Below are positions 39,544 to 51,900 of a DNA stretch of 54,205 nucleotides, in pieces. Origin of the DNA: a candidate division WOR-3 bacterium (GTDB taxonomy: Bacteria; Hydrothermota; Tepidihabitantia; Tepidihabitantales; Tepidihabitantaceae); assembly GCA_965649205.1 (NCBI GenBank), contig CBFGJV010000003.1:53187-107391 (forward strand). Reading direction: 5' to 3'. Position 1 is the first letter of the stretch. Each line of letters begins with the position of its first letter. Position numbers and translations under genes: made by a program. The notes under the pieces were generated by a model. It searched no databases, was not told the origin of the DNA, and was given only the letters and a program-made list of their open reading frames with translations.

Positions 39544-41787
39544 ATGAGACCCGCACGTCCGCAAACCAAAACCCATACCCCTGAACTTAGGCAACCTCAC
39601 CCAGAGTGGCACTGGCTGGCATGGGTATTACTTGGACTGGCTCTAACTCTTTTCGTTTGGCAGGCATCATCTTTTCCCTTCTTGCAAGACGATTCTTACA
39701 TTACCTACCGGTATGCTCGTAATGTAGTACGTGGTCTAGGCCCAGTGTTCAATCCGGGAGAACGGGTGGAAGGATACACGAATTTCATCTGGATGATACT
39801 GCTGGCAGCTCTTGGCGTTCTCGGTGTACCTTTCTCTACCATTATTCCTCTATCCCAGATACTGGGAGTAATCTGTGGAGCTGGAGTCATTGTACTTTTC
39901 TTTCTCCTGTTCCGCCGCCTTACTACCGGACCTCCCCTGCTCGCCGGCCTGGCCGTTTTGTTACTGGGAGCAAACGGTTCTTTCGCTTACTGGTGCGTTT
40001 CCGGAATGGAAACCGGGCTCTTCAGCTTACTCGTCTGTGCGGCAACCTATTTCTACTTGACGGGAAATACTCCGCGTCACCTCTTCCTCTTCTCCGGTCT
40101 GTTCGGTCTGGCCGCACTGACACGTCCCGAAGGCGCACTGTTTTGGGGCATCGTCCTTCTTGATTTCCTGATTCGGACTTTCTGGACACGCCGCCCAGCT
40201 CAAAGTCTGGCGGCCGTGTCGACCACCGTTGCTCCCATCCGGACGTTACCTTCCTTTCTGACTCTTCTCGTCCCCTTCTTGATATTGGTCGTTCCCCAAT
40301 ATATCTGGCGCCTTACCTACTACGGCCAACTTTTCCCCAACACTTTTTATGCGAAAACTGGCCTTTCTCTTTCCTACATCTCCACCGGTATTCAGTACGT
40401 AGTTCAGTTCTACCAGGCCTACGGCATTTGGGGGTTGGCCTTTATTATTCCCGTACTCCTGGCTGTGTGCAGCCGTCGCTTCTCGCCTGGTTCTCCTTTG
40501 TTTTTCTGTGCCCTTGCCTTAGTTATACACGCTTTATATACAGTTTCTGTGGGCGGTGATGTTCTTCGCATCTATCGTTTCTTCGTCCCGGTACTTTTCC
40601 TCTTCTACCTGTTCGTAACCGAAGGCCTCTGGTTGGCACCGATACATTCCTCTTTCCGCCTTTTTCTGTCTCTGGTACTGATTGCCATTACTTACTCCGG
40701 CATACTGGCTCGACCCACCCCAGTGCGCCAGGAAATCAAACGCAACCACATATTGGAAACTGGCCTTGTAGACAAAATGAGCAAAACTGGCACCTGGCTC
40801 AATACACGCCTTGGTCCAGACGACTGGTTTGCCTGCACTACCATCGGCGCGGTATCGTGGTTTTCTGACCGAAACATGATTGATATGCTGGGTCTGACCG
40901 ATGCGGTAATTGCTCACAAACCAGAAGATATACTCGCCCGCAAACTCTACTGGAAAGAACGTAACTACAACACCCGCCATGTGTTGGAAAAGCTACCCGC
41001 ATACATTTACTTCTCCACCGGTATTAAGCCTTCGGCCGCAGCGGAGAGGGCACTTTTTCTCCGCCCCCGTTTCCGCCGAGGCTATTACGCATGTCTTATC
41101 AGTATCCCAGAAAAGGGCGGACGATTCATGTCCGAGTACATCCACAAGAAAAGGCCTGGCGCCGATACGATTCCTCTGGACCCGGTGTATGACAAACCCG
41201 AGTTCATTGACCACTATGTCGACGGTATCAATTTTCTGCGTCACGGACCAGACAGTGCATTGGCCGCAATCCGCAAATGTATCGCCATCTGCCCGCCCGA
41301 TTTTGGCTATCCCTTTGAGTGGGCCGGTCAGGCATTTTTGGACTACAAACCACCCAAGATTGACTCTGCTATCATCTACTTTGAAGAAGCCGTCCGCCGC
41401 GATGACTGGTGCGTTTCAAGTCATACCAACTTGGGAAGCATCTACTCACGACTCGGCCAGCAAGAAAAGGCGGCCGAACACCTGCGTAAGGCCTGGCTCT
41501 ATTCTCCAGACTACTTGGACGCCTACGTAAACTTGGCAGTTGTCTACACGGCTATGCGCAATTTCGCTGCAGCCGAAACTGTCCTGCTACAAGCTTGGGA
41601 AAAATTCACCACTGCTAACGATCTGTTACTCCGTCTCGCCTACGTCAGGTTGGAGTCGGCTCGCTACGAAGAAGCTCAAGAAGTACTCGAACGTTACTTA
41701 GAAAAACTGCCCGGCGACCAGACCGCCAGAACCATGCTTGAGTTCGCCCGGCAAAAACGCCCCCTTACGCGTTCATCCCAGCCCTGA
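39544..41787 (+). CDS. GT-C membrane glycosyltransferase, AftB-like, with C-terminal TPRs
   Basis: QDDSYITYRYARNVVRGLGPVFNPGERVEGYT, SGMET, LTRPEG, PNTFYAK, GGD, RFFVP and DMLGLTD; multiple TM helices; TPR tail. Confidence 0.8.
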   Translation: MRPARPQTKTHTPELRQPHPEWHWLAWVLLGLALTLFVWQASSFPFLQDDSYITYRYARNVVRGLGPVFNPGERVEGYTNFIWMILLAALGVLGVPFSTIIPLSQILGVICGAGVIVLFFLLFRRLTTGPPLLAGLAVLLLGANGSFAYWCVSGMETGLFSLLVCAATYFYLTGNTPRHLFLFSGLFGLAALTRPEGALFWGIVLLDFLIRTFWTRRPAQSLAAVSTTVAPIRTLPSFLTLLVPFLILVVPQYIWRLTYYGQLFPNTFYAKTGLSLSYISTGIQYVVQFYQAYGIWGLAFIIPVLLAVCSRRFSPGSPLFFCALALVIHALYTVSVGGDVLRIYRFFVPVLFLFYLFVTEGLWLAPIHSSFRLFLSLVLIAITYSGILARPTPVRQEIKRNHILETGLVDKMSKTGTWLNTRLGPDDWFACTTIGAVSWFSDRNMIDMLGLTDAVIAHKPEDILARKLYWKERNYNTRHVLEKLPAYIYFSTGIKPSAAAERALFLRPRFRRGYYACLISIPEKGGRFMSEYIHKKRPGADTIPLDPVYDKPEFIDHYVDGINFLRHGPDSALAAIRKCIAICPPDFGYPFEWAGQAFLDYKPPKIDSAIIYFEEAVRRDDWCVSSHTNLGSIYSRLGQQEKAAEHLRKAWLYSPDYLDAYVNLAVVYTAMRNFAAAETVLLQAWEKFTTANDLLLRLAYVRLESARYEEAQEVLERYLEKLPGDQTARTMLEFARQKRPLTRSSQP

Positions 41788-41802
41788 GTATCCCTATCTC
41801 AA

Positions 41803-42678
41803 TTAGAACCGAACATAGAGAATGGCTACCACCACAACCAGCCAGAGAAAAATATCCACCAGCAAAGGCAGGTCGGAAAGAAATACTTTCTCTGGCGCCC
41901 CTCCCATATCCTTGCGATACACCAGATAGAGATACCGATAGATAGCGTACAGAACAAAAGGAAACGTCAGATACAACTTGTTAGTACCAAACTTCTCAAT
42001 GGTCTCGGGCGCTACCGTGTAAAGACAATAGGCTACCACTGTTGATGCAGTGGCCACAGCTATCATCTGGTCAAGAAGTGTTTCGGTATACTTGCCTAGG
42101 ACACTGCGATGGGATATACCTCCACCTTCAAGAAACATCAACTCGTGTCTGCGTTTGGCCAAGGCGACAAACAACGCCAAGAGAATCGTACAGATAAAAA
42201 GCCAGGGTGAAATCCGTACGTGCACCACATAGGTACCTGATACTGCCCTCAGAGCAAAACCCATAGCTACAATAAGAACATCCAGCACTACCACCTGTTT
42301 CAACCGCAGGGAATACGCCAGCTGGACAAGAAAATAGACAAGGCCGATAACAAAAAAACGCCAATCCAGCAAGAACCCGACACCAAAAGCTGCAAGAACA
42401 GAAAAGAGCGCAACGCCAACTGCAACTCCGGTTGGCACCCTGCCAGACGCAATCGGTCGATTTTTTTTGGTGGGATGACGCTGATCCTGCTCTTTGTCCA
42501 CCAAATCGTTGATAATATACACAGCGCCGGAAAGAAGACAGAAGGCGAGAAAAGCTGCCAAAGAACGTAAGACACTCGGCAAGTGAATCAGATTCTTGGA
42601 AAAAATCAAAGCAGCAAAAACCAGAAAGTTTTTTGTCCACTGTCTTGGCCGCATGGAGAGAAAGACATCAAGGAGCAT
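41803..42678 (-). CDS. Decaprenyl-phosphate phosphoribosyltransferase (DPPR synthase, UbiA family)
   Basis: Motifs MRPRQWTKN, YIINDLVD..D..HPTKKNRPIASG, AYSLRLKQ, LAKRRHE and RYLY. Confidence 0.92.
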   Translation of the reverse strand: MLLDVFLSMRPRQWTKNFLVFAALIFSKNLIHLPSVLRSLAAFLAFCLLSGAVYIINDLVDKEQDQRHPTKKNRPIASGRVPTGVAVGVALFSVLAAFGVGFLLDWRFFVIGLVYFLVQLAYSLRLKQVVVLDVLIVAMGFALRAVSGTYVVHVRISPWLFICTILLALFVALAKRRHELMFLEGGGISHRSVLGKYTETLLDQMIAVATASTVVAYCLYTVAPETIEKFGTNKLYLTFPFVLYAIYRYLYLVYRKDMGGAPEKVFLSDLPLLVDIFLWLVVVVAILYVRF

Positions 42679-42972
42679 AAGTCTGATAGTTCTACCCTAA
42701 TGCCACAGAAAGTCAATCTTAGGCATGAGCTTGTGGTCAGGAAAGCAAAAGGGAAAGCTATTGTCCCCTGTTGTTGGCTCGCCTTTCTCCAATCCCCTGG
42801 CTAGATTACAACACGCTCCCTCAACTTTATCCAGTTCTGAAAGAAGATACCCCTGTCCTGACAGGGAATACTAGCAAACCTCAGTTACTTTGCTGGGAAT
42901 CTCCTACAAAACCTAAGACAAGTCCTGTTCTAGGCCGGGCAAACATCTCTATATAGAAAATACGTTACTACT

Positions 42973-45900
42973 CTAACGTCTCACCACCAACTTCTGAGCC
43001 GTGGTCAGTCCGGCAGCATCGACAAACACCAGGTACACGCCAAAAGACAGGCTTCGCATATCAAGTACAAAAGTACTGTGTCCCGTGGTACAAGTCTGTT
43101 GCAGTACACAGCGGCCGGCCGCATCAACTACGCGGAGATAAGCAGGATACTGACCGTAACTGCGTTCCCTAGACTCGGTAGCCGTCCCACAGGCAAAACG
43201 CACCGTCACAAATCCTGTAGCTATCGGATTCGGCATAATCCGAAGCATTCCAACCAGCGGCTGAGCTTGTGACTGCGCTCCGGAAACCTGCGATATGTAG
43301 CTGCGCACCCCAGACGTCGGGACTACGTACCGCCATAACTCGGGACACTTATTACCCTTGAGCAGGAAGAATGTGCGCTTCCCCCAGAAAACCAAATCGC
43401 CACCTGCTTTCACCGCTTTCTTTCCCGCCGGACCATTGCGCGGTATCGTGTCTATCTGCTCCCACACACCGGTCGATACCGTGTAACGGTAGAAACTGTG
43501 CGTATTCCCGCCCTTCATCGCATATATGTAACCATCATACCACGCTCCAGCCGCTCCGTCACCAGCCTTCTTCTTCTTCAACACACCACCCTCATAACCG
43601 TCCAACGGCAAACCCTTCAACGGCGCCTTGTACCACGTGTCATTCGCCACATCATACCGGAACATATAGTAATTGCTGCCATCATTGTACTTCCCGCGAT
43701 GCGCATAGATGTAGTCCCGCCCGTCCGTCACCAGGAACGAACCCTTGTCATACTTCACCGCAGACGTGCCCGTATAAGGCGCATTCTCCAACGTGTCCCA
43801 ACGCCCAGCCTCCACATTGTACCGGTAGAACTCGTTCAAACCGCCCTTCAGCAGATATATCCAGTTCGTATCCGCCCGATACACATACGCCAGGTCATTG
43901 CCGCCCTTCACCTTCTTCCCCTTCGGACCAGCCGGGACATCGTGAATCCGAGTCCACTCGTTCCGCTTGATGTCGTAACGGTAGAACCCCAGCATATTAT
44001 TGCCTCTGGTCATATAGATCGCCGTGTCATTGAACGCACATACTCCCACCGTACCCTTCGCCGGCGGCTTCAGCTTGCCTTCTTCCACATCTGGGATGCT
44101 GGCCAATTCTGTCCAGACGTTGTTCAGAGGATTGAACTTGCCGAAATCGGACGTCTTATTTCCCTTAGCCACATAGATGACCGGACCTTCAGAAAACAAC
44201 TCTCGGTAACAAGGCAAACTGTCACTCTCCTCTTTGCCGCTAGTTACCCCTTGTTGCCACTCAGGACCGGTAGCCAACCAGGCTCCCACCTGAGGCGCCT
44301 TACCATCCGGCAGCCCCATATCCGGCACCGAGCCAGCCACACCCATTCCTGGTTCCCAGAGAGAAGCATCCGGATCCTCCACCTTAAATGAACTATAGAG
44401 CACATTGTCTTCGGGAGTCTCTTCTGACTCCACATATACCGAGCAACGTGTTACCCACGTACCAGTTGCCGTGGTCGCCTCAAAGCTGGGGAAAGTAATA
44501 GTAGTTTCAACCCCAACGGAAATGCCGGGTATGACAAGCACAGTATCGTACGCTTTTCCGTCTGTTCCCGATGCAGGATTCCACATCGTAAACCGGGCCT
44601 CAAGTGTCACCACACAATCGCCATTATTCTTCAGCGTCGCCGCCGGATGTACTGTTTTTCCCTTCTCCACCGTCCCCAGAGGCGCAAGAATAGCCGTCAC
44701 AGCCATATCCGGCCGGCCAATACTGAAGAAACAGCTAAGCGTATCGTTCTGTGGTGCCGGGTCATTCACCATGTAGGTACTGCACCGCACTGTCCACATC
44801 CCCCCTGTCCAAAGCGAACCTGTAGTGCGGAAATATACAACAGTATCCCTGCCTGGAGCCAGCCCGGCAACAAAAACGCTGTCTCTATACACCTCAGTAT
44901 CAGTAACCGTGCTGGAAACGTCGCCAACCGCATCAGATGCCAACGTAGGACTGGACAATATCATCCAGACCCAGAAATCAGCAGCTGCGGTCGCACTGCG
45001 ATTCCGCCAGACAGCCCGAGGAGTCAGCTCTACACCTGGCAAATAGGCGCGTCCCGGAACCGGAACCGCAACCGAATCCACGCTCACGTCTTCATCTACA
45101 ACTGAAAACTCTCTATCAAGCGTGTCGTCAGCTGGCACCTTGTCATCTGCATAATAGGTGCTGCACCGCACTGTCCAGATTCCGACCGAAGAAAGCACGC
45201 AGGCCGGAAAGTCAGAAACAACCCTTTCCTCTCCCGGTCCCACCCCGGTTTGTGGCCGAGAATGTGCGTAGCGTTCGCCACCAGGGCCGGTAATAACCAC
45301 CCAGGCGTCAAAATCAGCGCTCTCCTCTCCATAGTTGCGCCAGGTAGCCGCAGGCACAACTTGCCCCCCCACCGCGTACCTGCCGCCTGGAACCGGACTC
45401 GCCAGCGACTTCACACCCACATTCGTCGCGGTAACGGTGAACACCCGTTCTTTCACATCATTACTGGGAATCATATCGCCGGCATAGCCCGTACTGCACC
45501 GCACTGTCCAGTCGCCAGGCTGATTCAAAACAAGTTTCTGCGTAAACTGCACCTGCAACTGCGAACGCTCAGCCACATGCACATCTTCCTTCTGCCGATA
45601 GCGCTCTATTCCATCAGGGTCAGTGATAATCATCCACGCCTCAAAGCTTGCCCCTCCGGGAACATTCCCGTCATTTGCCCAAATAGCCTCTGGCTGTACC
45701 TCCTCGCCTGGTCGGTAGGAACCTGTAGGCACCAGAATCGAATGCACTCTGACGTCACGTTTCACCACAAGGATATTGAAAGGTCCTTGGCGATTATTCA
45801 ACTCCTCCTGGTCTCCGCTCAGACGAGTGGAACAACGCACCTGATAGGTTCCCGGGGTCACATTAGCTACCCAACTGGAGAAGTTGCACCGTTGGCCGGC

Positions 45901-48900
45901 CCCTGGAGCCAAATCGCTGACGGTGTAGTTGCGCACCACCATGTTTCCCCCTATGTTCATGCGAACCACAAATGTCGCCGCAGTCAGCCCAGCATTATAC
46001 ACCGAACAGGAAGGAACCACAGTAGAACCGGAATCCACAAGACCGGTCGGAGCAAAAACCTGCACACAGGCAACGTCTAGATTCGGTTTCCAATAGATGA
46101 GTTCTGCCGGGTCCTGCTCGTAACGGCTTCCCCAGCGATTTCCTGAACCGCCCAAGACATCAATTCTACCGCTTGCTGCCTGCGATTTGGAAATATTGAA
46201 TCCGACTCCCTCTGTAGCCGTACCGTTGAAGGAAACATTAGATATGGCGTGTGCTTCGTTATTCTCCAACCGCAGCATGGGACCGGAGATTGCGCCATGG
46301 TCGAACTCACAATTGGAGAAATTCTGCGGAGCCGGTGCAATCATAGCCCCCGACTTCACCACAATGCCCGCCGTGTTCGGCTTACTGAATTTGGCATAAC
46401 TGGCAGCAATAGTGGCACCGCTATTGACTGTAAAGGCGTAAGGATAAGCCTCGCTGGCTGCAGCTATCTGAGCCAGCGCATCAGAGCCAGTATCAATTAC
46501 CTCCTCAACACCTGCCGCCCCGATAAAAGTTCTAGCTGCGCCCACAGCCGAAAAAGTAGCGCCGGCATCCACCGTCACTTGGCCAGCCTGCGTAGTGGTA
46601 CCAATAGTCAAAGTATTCTGCCCAACCGAGAAAGTCCCACTCTGTACGCGCAGGGCATTCCCTACCTGTACATTACCCGCAAGCGACAAACTGCCGCCTG
46701 CACTCTTATTCACAGTCAAATTGTAAAACGTAGAACCGGAGGGCAGACTCACGGTGGCGGATGTAGAATGGTCGAATACTACTGTCCTGCCAGCCGGGGT
46801 GAAAGCGCCCGAGCCGGACCAGTTGCCGCCCACATACAGATTATTGTTTATGCCCGACTGCATAACAATAGCGCCGCTGTTGGAAATGTTGCCCGCAACG
46901 TCATAACCGTAACCGGCGCCGAAACTGCCACTCAGGTTCAGCGTGGAACCGGAGCCCACAGTGAGCGAGCCGATGGCAAACGAAGTCCCGGAGAGCGTGT
47001 AAGAAGAAGTAATCGTAAGAAAGCTGGAGGTTTTCTGCACCCTCAGGTCATCGATAGACCAAATGCCAGTGGCGTCCGCGTTTCCTGCCAGATTCACACT
47101 CGCCGCCTGATTACCAACGAAACGGACCACGCCCGGGCTCTGCGCCTGCAACACCGTGGCATACCCGGAAGTGCTGTGCGCCGCATAGATGCCGCCAAAG
47201 AAATTGACCGTTCCGGCCGAAATGAACCAGCCGCTAAGGTCAGGAGGAGAAAGCAAGGCTGAGCCGCTCGTAAGATACAAAGCCGAACTGGTGCCAGTGC
47301 CAGTTCCGTTATAGTTCACAGTACCATTGCCTGACTGGATGAACTTATTGCTCGCAGCAGAGTAATGCAGAGTATGAATCCCATCAATCACAAACGTACC
47401 CGTCCCCTCCAGCACAATCTCCTTCAACTGACCCGACCCCTGGTTCAGATTCATCACCGATACATTACTGGAACCGGTTACCCGCAAACGACCGTTTGCT
47501 CCGCCAGTAATAGCACTTCCAGACTGGTAAACATAGAGATGATTGTTATTGGTTACGAGTGTACCGGAGATTATGGAAAGAGTGCGACCGCTCTGTTGCA
47601 GGTTGAGGCCGCTCTCCAGGGTCACAGTTCTGTCTATGGCTCCCTTGTCTACGGCAACATTGCAATCCAGATTGAGAAGCGTAGTGGCATGCCGCACCGT
47701 CGTATTGCCCGTGCCGCCAAAGGTAATAGTGTTGGTACCGGCGCTGGTACTCCAGAGAGCCTTGGCCGGGTCGGATTGATCGTTGCGGAAGTCCCCGTTG
47801 AAGAACAGATTGCCGTTGGCGGTATTATCGAAGGTGGCAGTGGACGCATTCAGGAAGTTACCGTTTACAGTCAGGTTCGCCGTATTTGCATTGGTGCGGA
47901 AAATCCCATTGTTAGTGAACGCACCGGTAGTCAGATGATTGTTGGCGGCAGTCGGCGTCGAACCTCGCTCAATCGTGCCGTTGTTCAAGAGCCCTCCGGA
48001 AAAGTTGTACCCGTAGCTTCCGCTGGCAAACTGACCGTGAAGCTTCAGCATATTGCCGGCATTCACAGTTACACCGCCAGTAGCCTGCACGACTGTGGCG
48101 CAACCCGTAGCGGTCGATGTAAAGGTTACCGCAGGCGCAGGCGAACCACTCTTGGCCACCTGCATAGTACCAAAGTCCCAGACCGCATAGCCGGCCGACG
48201 GAGCATACGTAACCGCCAGATTCACCTCCGACGCGCTGCTTCCCACAAACCTTACAGTGGCGCCGGAAGATGCCTGGAAGTACTGCCTGTAGCTGGAGCT
48301 TGCATACGGCGAGTAAATATTGCCGTAGAAATTCACGGTACCTGAAGTAGCAAACCAGCCGCAATTAGAAGCGTTCGTACCGCTCGAAGTAGTAAGAACC
48401 AGAGATGCGGAATTACCGGTACCCGAAGCGTTCAGATAGTTCACCGTGGCGCCTGTGCCGCTCAGCAGGAAGTAGTTGTTGAAGCTGGAACCACCATAGT
48501 TCAATATGTGCTGGCCGCTGGCGGATGTCCCGATGTTCAGGGTAGCACCTGCTCCTTCCACCAGCACCCGGCCCACGCCGGTGCTAGCGCCCTGAAACAA
48601 TGTGCCCACGCTCACTGTACTCGCCGCATCCGAGACAGCAGAACTGGTAATGCTGAGAATCCCGGCTGACGTTCCCAGAATAGAGTCGTTCACTGTCAGG
48701 TCATAACCGTTCGTAATCAGGGAGCCGGACGACAACACCAAGTCTGGCACAGTGAGATTTGCCTGCAGAGTCAGAGCTGGCAGAGGCGAACCCGTCTTAT
48801 TAACCTGCACACGGGCAAATACCGGTTGCTGACTGCCCGCCAGATTCCCACTTGTATTTCCGCCGAATATCACCGTTCCCGTGCCCCAGTTCGCATCCGC

Positions 48901-51900
48901 CTGCTCATTAGTGAAATCACCGTTAAACTGAATGTTTGAGTTGCCCGTGTTCCTAAAGTCTGCCGTAGAGCTGTTGACAAACGCACCGTTCACGGTGAAG
49001 CCAGCAGTAGTGGTTGCATTCTTAAAGATGCCGTTATTGGTAAAGCCGGCGTTGAAGGTATATGCGCCGATTGAGCCAGCCGCACGTTCCATCGTACCGG
49101 AGGAAGTGTTTTCAGCAGAACCGGAAAAGGTAACGCTACCCGCGCCTGTAGTAGTAAAGGTACCGGCGTTGGTGAAGGTGCTACCAAATTGCACTGCGCC
49201 CCCGCCGTTCGTAAACGTGCCGGTTGCGCCCTGAGTAAACGGACTTGCCGCACCCAGAGTCAGCGGGCTCGCCGCAGTAGTAGCCGTATAGGTACCGTCA
49301 TTCCTGAACCCGCCGTTCAGATTCCAGGTGCCAGTGCTGTTGCTACCACGCTCCACAGTCTTGCCCGACCTGTTCCAGAAAAGTCCTGTAACCGTCACCG
49401 TTCCTGCCGCGGTCTGGGTAAAACTCCCGTTGTTTGTAAAGTCACCGCTCACCGTAAGCCCCGCGGCTACGCTGGTAGAATATACGCCGTTGTTCGTGAA
49501 ACTGCCGGTAACTACAAGATTGTTGTTAGAGCCGGAAGAACGCGTAATGCTACCATCGTTCGTCACGCTGCCGTTCACCCGGTATCCATAACCAGAAGCG
49601 TGGGTACCAGCAAGGTCCAAGGTTGCAGTTGGAGCAACAACAAGGCCGTTCATCTCCACGAAACTGCTACCCATGCTGTTAGAAGAAGTAAAGGTCACTG
49701 TGGCATTCGACTTTTCTATACGCAAATTACCCAAGTGAAAGGAACCGGCCACAGAATAGCTGCCGCCGTTGAAGTTAAAACCGCCTGCGTTGCTGCCGGA
49801 GAACTTGACTACCGCGCCATCAGCCACAAAGCGAAGGATGTAGCCGGAATAAAGGTCGCTGCCAAAACAGTACACCCCGCCCTTGAAATCAACCGTTCCA
49901 CCCGATGCAAACCAGCCGTTTCCGGCAGGCACAGAGCTCCCGGCTGTTGTCAGATAAAGAGCAGCCGAGGTACCGGTTCCAATGCTGTGATAAGTAACCG
50001 TGCCGCCATTCAGCTTGAAATGACCCTGACCGCTAGTAGTGCTATGATAAAGCGAATGACGGCCATAAATATCCACTGTGCCGCCGTCGATTATTACCGC
50101 ACCCAAAGCGCCGCTGGCCTGATTCAGGGTAACTACCGTAGCCCCAGTTCCTGACTGCCCCAAAGTAACCGCAGAACCCGCAGCTACCCGCAAGGTACAG
50201 GTAGGTGCACCTGTCAACACCGGCCCTGAGGAAGTACTGCCTGGCACATTCAACGTCACACCGTTCACCAGCAGATTGCCGGCAGAGATATTGAGCACAG
50301 TGGCCTGCGCGGCGGTAAGATTCAGATTTGCATTCAGGTTGAGCCATCTGCCCGCGGCCTTACTCACTGCCATCCTTCCAAAAGAAGTAATACCGGAACC
50401 ACCAAGGGATGTATTTACGTTAGTACCGCCAAAAGTTACCAACCCGGTGCCGAAGTTCGCATCCGCATCCAGAACTTGATTATTGGTAAAGTTTCCGTTG
50501 AAAGTCAGGGCGCCGTTGCCCGAATTGTCAAATGCGCCGTCATTCGTGAAATCACCCCCGCCTGCAGCTACACCCACCACCAGCGGACTGGTCGCAACAG
50601 CAGCCGAGTATGAACCCTCGTTCAGGAAACCTCCCTTGAGCCAGCAATAACCGATACTGTTTGTTCCACGTATGAAAGAACCTTCAGGCTTGTTCCAGAA
50701 AAGTCCGGCTACAGTGTCTTCGCCGGCTGCGGTCTTACTGATGGTTCCTGCGTTAATCAGGTCTCCCGAAACCATAAGTCCGCTTGCACCGCTGGTAGAA
50801 TAACTTCCCTCGTTCAAAAAATTACCAGTTACATACAGGTCTCCGGTACCGCTGTGGCTGTATTGCCCTCCAGCAGCATTCACAAATCCGCCGTTCAGAT
50901 TCCAGGTGCCGGAATTGCTTCGCGTAATAACACCTGTGGCGCTGTTCGTAAACAGATTGGTTACGGTCAAGGTATTACTGCTTGTGGTGGCATTATACAC
51001 ATTGTTGTTTGTGAATGCGCCCACAGATAAACCACCCGTGGAACTCTGCGTGTGTGTACCATTATTCACGTAGGTACCTGTAACAATCATCGCCCCCGCG
51101 CCGCCCTGGCTGATAGTAGCGCCACTCACGTTTGTAAAGTCACCATTCACAGTCAAGTTATAGCTGGACAGTGCCAGCGTCGTACCTGAAGCCACGTTCA
51201 AGGTGCCGTTCACCACTGTTGCCGCACCCAATGTGGCATTACCGCCAGTCGTACTCACGGTCAGATGATGATAACTCGTGCCTTTTATAATCTGAGCCGC
51301 AGTGCCGTTATATACTACCGTGTTCCCTTCTGCCGTAGCGGTGAGTGTATTTATGCCGGAAGTGCCACCGATGGTCAGAGTTGCGCCAGCCGCATTGATC
51401 AAATTGCCCCCACCAGAAAGAGCAGTTCCTACAGTCAAATTAGCTTTGTTGGTTATCGTTCCAGAAACAGTCAGGTTGGGAATGGAAAGGGATGTAACAC
51501 TTGAAATTTCCTTTCCCGTGCCATTGAATGTATATGTCCCTGTTCCGGCTACAAAGGGATTTACCGAGTTATTGACCAGACTGCCACTCAGCGTAACAGA
51601 CGCATTACCCGAGTTGTTCCACCTGCCGCCTGCATTAATAGTCACGTCGCCCGAGAAAGTCTTGGTGCCAGATGAGGAACTCATCGCCAGCGTACCTGTG
51701 ATGCTCGTTGCTCCACTTACCGTGTGAGCTACCGCACCCATTGTAAACGTTCCAGAGGTAATCGTCAGACTTCCCATGCTGAACGCACCGCTGGTCGTCA
51801 CCCCGTTAGGGTCGTTCAACTCCAGGTTTCCAAATGCCCCTGTAGTAGAAATCGTGCGGGATGCAGAACTACCCGTCAGAAGCAGTTTCCCGGAACCTGT

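Noticed and set aside
27777..40260. Short loop insertions in MltG, YqgF, LolE, the FAD oxidoreductase and the GT-C as an in-frame mobile repeat
   Set aside because: The apparent inserts I compared share no visible nucleotide similarity or palindromic structure.
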